Of a DNA stretch of 24,000 nucleotides, positions 22,283-24,000 are shown one piece after another. The notes beneath the pieces are model-generated. The model saw only the letters and a list, made by a program, of their open reading frames with translations. It ran no database searches and was not told the origin of the DNA. The translations under genes were made by a program, and so were the position numbers. The DNA comes from Candidatus Electronema aureum (GTDB lineage Bacteria > Desulfobacterota > Desulfobulbia > Desulfobulbales > Desulfobulbaceae): the NCBI GenBank assembly GCA_004284765.1, contig NQJD01000013.1, forward strand, positions 24,701-48,700. The letters are read 5' to 3'. The stretch's first letter is position 1. Each line of letters opens with the position of its first letter.

Positions 22283-22678
22283 ATGAAAAAGATGCTGCTG
22301 CTCTGCGGTTGTTTGGCTGTATTGACGATTTCCTGTGCCAAAGACAAGCCTGCGGAGCCAACTCCGCCGAAACTGATTGAATTAAAGTACAATGCCGCCG
22401 TTGAAGAGGGGGGAATTCGCATCCAGTTTGCCGCTGTCACCAGCGACTCGCGCTGTCCGACCGGGACGCAGTGTTCATGGGCAGGCAATGCGGAAATTGT
22501 GCTGGAACTGACCGGCGACGGCAACCAAGCGGCGATACTGAATACCAACTCGCAGTATCAGCAAAGCTACCGGTACAACGAGTACAATATCACGCTGAAG
22601 GAGCTAAAGCCGCACCCTGAAGCAGGACAACAGATTGATGTGAATTCGTATGTCGCGGTGCTGACGATAGAGAAGTGA
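22283..22678 (+). CDS. Small lipoprotein of unknown function (DSRCP....C.WAG motif)
   Basis: RBS AGGAGA (22273-22278) precedes the ATG at 22283. MKKMLLLCGCLAVLTISC looks like a signal peptide plus lipobox Cys. The mature part has two further Cys (SDSRCPTGTQCSWAGN). A strong terminator follows. Confidence 0.7.
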   Translation: MKKMLLLCGCLAVLTISCAKDKPAEPTPPKLIELKYNAAVEEGGIRIQFAAVTSDSRCPTGTQCSWAGNAEIVLELTGDGNQAAILNTNSQYQQSYRYNEYNITLKELKPHPEAGQQIDVNSYVAVLTIEK

Positions 22679-22682
22679 ATTG

Positions 22683-22724
22683 AAAAGAGAGCAAAAGCAT
22701 GATGGCTTTTGCTCTCTTTTTTTA
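22683..22724 (+). terminator. Rho-independent terminator after the lipoprotein gene
   Basis: A 16-bp perfect stem AAAAGAGAGCAAAAGC / GCTTTTGCTCTCTTTT with the 6-nt loop ATGATG; its T-rich 3' arm (22717-22720) continues directly into TTT at 22721-23. Confidence 0.8.
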
Positions 22725-22788
22725 TAAAAATGGCTCTCTACTATTCTTACAACTCCTGAAATTCGTATAGAATTTGCTGGACGACACC

Positions 22789-22935
22789 TATATATAGCTG
22801 AAGCAGCATAAAGTGAACTTGAATGTCATTCCGAGCGGAGCGAGGAATCTCCTCTTCGTCCTTGGCGTGAGATTTCTCGCTCCGCTCGAAATGACAGATA
22901 CGACGGTTAAAATTATGTTGCTCTGGCTATAAATA
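22789..22935. repeat. Nested imperfect palindrome (MITE/REP-like element or structured RNA): inner 27-bp arms, outer 23-bp arms
   Basis: Inner arms: GTCATTCCGAGCGGAGCGAGGAATCTC (22825-22851) vs the reverse complement of 22869-22895, with 25/27 matching and a 17-nt spacer. Outer arms: 22789-22811 vs the reverse complement of 22913-22935, with 18/23 matching by hand. Non-coding. Confidence 0.7.
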
Positions 22936-22955
22936 GAGAGATAGAGTTGATTAGT

Positions 22956-24000
22956 ATGGATAATATCAAAAATCTCAAGTCAACATCTGACGGATGGCGT
23001 GGGGTTACAGCAGATACATTTACCTATAACGAGGTAGGATTAATAGCTTCGGCTATTGCGAAGTATATCCAAGAAAAAGGGTATGCCAAAAAAATCATTA
23101 TCTCCTATGACACGAGATTTCTTGGTGAAAAATTTGCACAAAAAGCGGCTCAAGTATTTAAAGTAAATGGGATTATACCATTAGTCATAAGTTACCCTAT
23201 ACCAACTCCATTGTTATCATTCAGAGTAAATCAACTGGGGTATCCATGCGGCATTTCCATCACAGCATCGCATAATCCATATAATCATAATGGAATTAAA
23301 TTGCGCATGAATTATGGCGGTGCTCCAACGCCTCAAATTATCAAAGAAGTTGAGTCGTTTCTGCCTTTTTCAAGTCCTGAAATCCGCACTGCCGGTGCTA
23401 TCAATTTCGACAATCCTCTAAAAGATTATGTTGAGTACATGAGATCATTAGTAGATATGGAATCTATTCATTCCAGTCAAGCTAAGATTCTTATTGATCC
23501 GATGTATGGCACTACAGCAGGATTGCTAAAAAAAATTCTTGGAACAACATCGGTTGTTGTTGATGAAATTCATACGCATCATGATCCGTATTTCGGAGGT
23601 GTAAATCCTGAACCCCAACGTAAAACGACGTTAGAGTTGCAACAATCAGTATCTATTGGACTTTACGATTTAGGCATAGCTCATGATGGCGATGGCGACA
23701 GATTAACAGCCTGCCTGCCTGATATTGGTTATTTATCTCCGCATGATATTTCTGCGGTTCTTTTGTGGTATCTGGTCAGAAAAAGAAAATTGACTGGAAA
23801 GGTAATTGGCAGCCTTACTCTCAGCAGGAGACTGTCCAGATTGGCAGAATATTTTGGACTGGAATATGTGGAGATTCCCATAGGGTTCCACTATGCAACA
23901 GCTTTAATGCTGCAAGGAGGTGTCTTAATCGCTGCTGAGGAAAATGGCGGCATCGGGTTTGGATTTTATCTGCCGGAAAGGGATGCGACATTGGCGGCAT
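22956..24000 (+). CDS. Phosphoglucomutase/phosphomannomutase-family phosphohexomutase (3' end outside the window)
   Basis: Absent from the ORF track because there is no stop before the window edge. I translated it by hand: MDNIKNLKSTSDGWRG.., ITASHNPYNHNGIKL (phosphoserine loop), AHDGDGDRL (Mg site), AAEENGGIG (sugar loop). The frame is open from ATG 22956 to position 24000. Confidence 0.85.
   Translation, partial: MDNIKNLKSTSDGWRGVTADTFTYNEVGLIASAIAKYIQEKGYAKKIIISYDTRFLGEKFAQKAAQVFKVNGIIPLVISYPIPTPLLSFRVNQLGYPCGISITASHNPYNHNGIKLRMNYGGAPTPQIIKEVESFLPFSSPEIRTAGAINFDNPLKDYVEYMRSLVDMESIHSSQAKILIDPMYGTTAGLLKKILGTTSVVVDEIHTHHDPYFGGVNPEPQRKTTLELQQSVSIGLYDLGIAHDGDGDRLTACLPDIGYLSPHDISAVLLWYLVRKRKLTGKVIGSLTLSRRLSRLAEYFGLEYVEIPIGFHYATALMLQGGVLIAAEENGGIGFGFYLPERDATLAA

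Overview
The window looks like a GC-rich Gram-negative chromosome. By eye the backbone is about 55-70% G+C. The delta-60-type repeat protein and the overall gene content suggest Desulfobacterota, but that is a weak guess. Backbone genes: a porin 3' end, a PhoB/OmpR-type response regulator, an SDR, an endonuclease III-exonuclease III fusion, a large secreted beta-propeller repeat protein, a molybdopterin-binding protein, Trm112, a cysteine-rich outer-membrane protein, a GT2, dapF-dapA-dapB, comM/yifB, a NahK-like sugar kinase, a lipoprotein and a phosphohexomutase. At least four visibly AT-rich blocks interrupt this backbone. (i) 993-4832: a five-gene, translationally coupled glycan-tailoring operon. 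(ii) 14418-16390: a ~2 kb two-gene cassette at the 3' end of dapF, followed by a diverged, frameshifted copy of the dapF 3' end (16391-16668). (iii) 17632-18570: a single HNH-nuclease gene with an unrecognised ~230 aa C-terminal domain, wedged between dapA and dapB. (iv) From ~22.7 kb onward: a nested inverted repeat and the phosphohexomutase gene. I found no rRNA, tRNA, CRISPR array, integrase or transposase. The most unusual items are the dapF duplication with its cassette, the orphan HNH gene inside the dap operon, the 36-cysteine tandem-module protein fused to a predicted beta-barrel, and the Nth-Xth fusion. All family calls rest on motif recognition by eye; no database search was possible.
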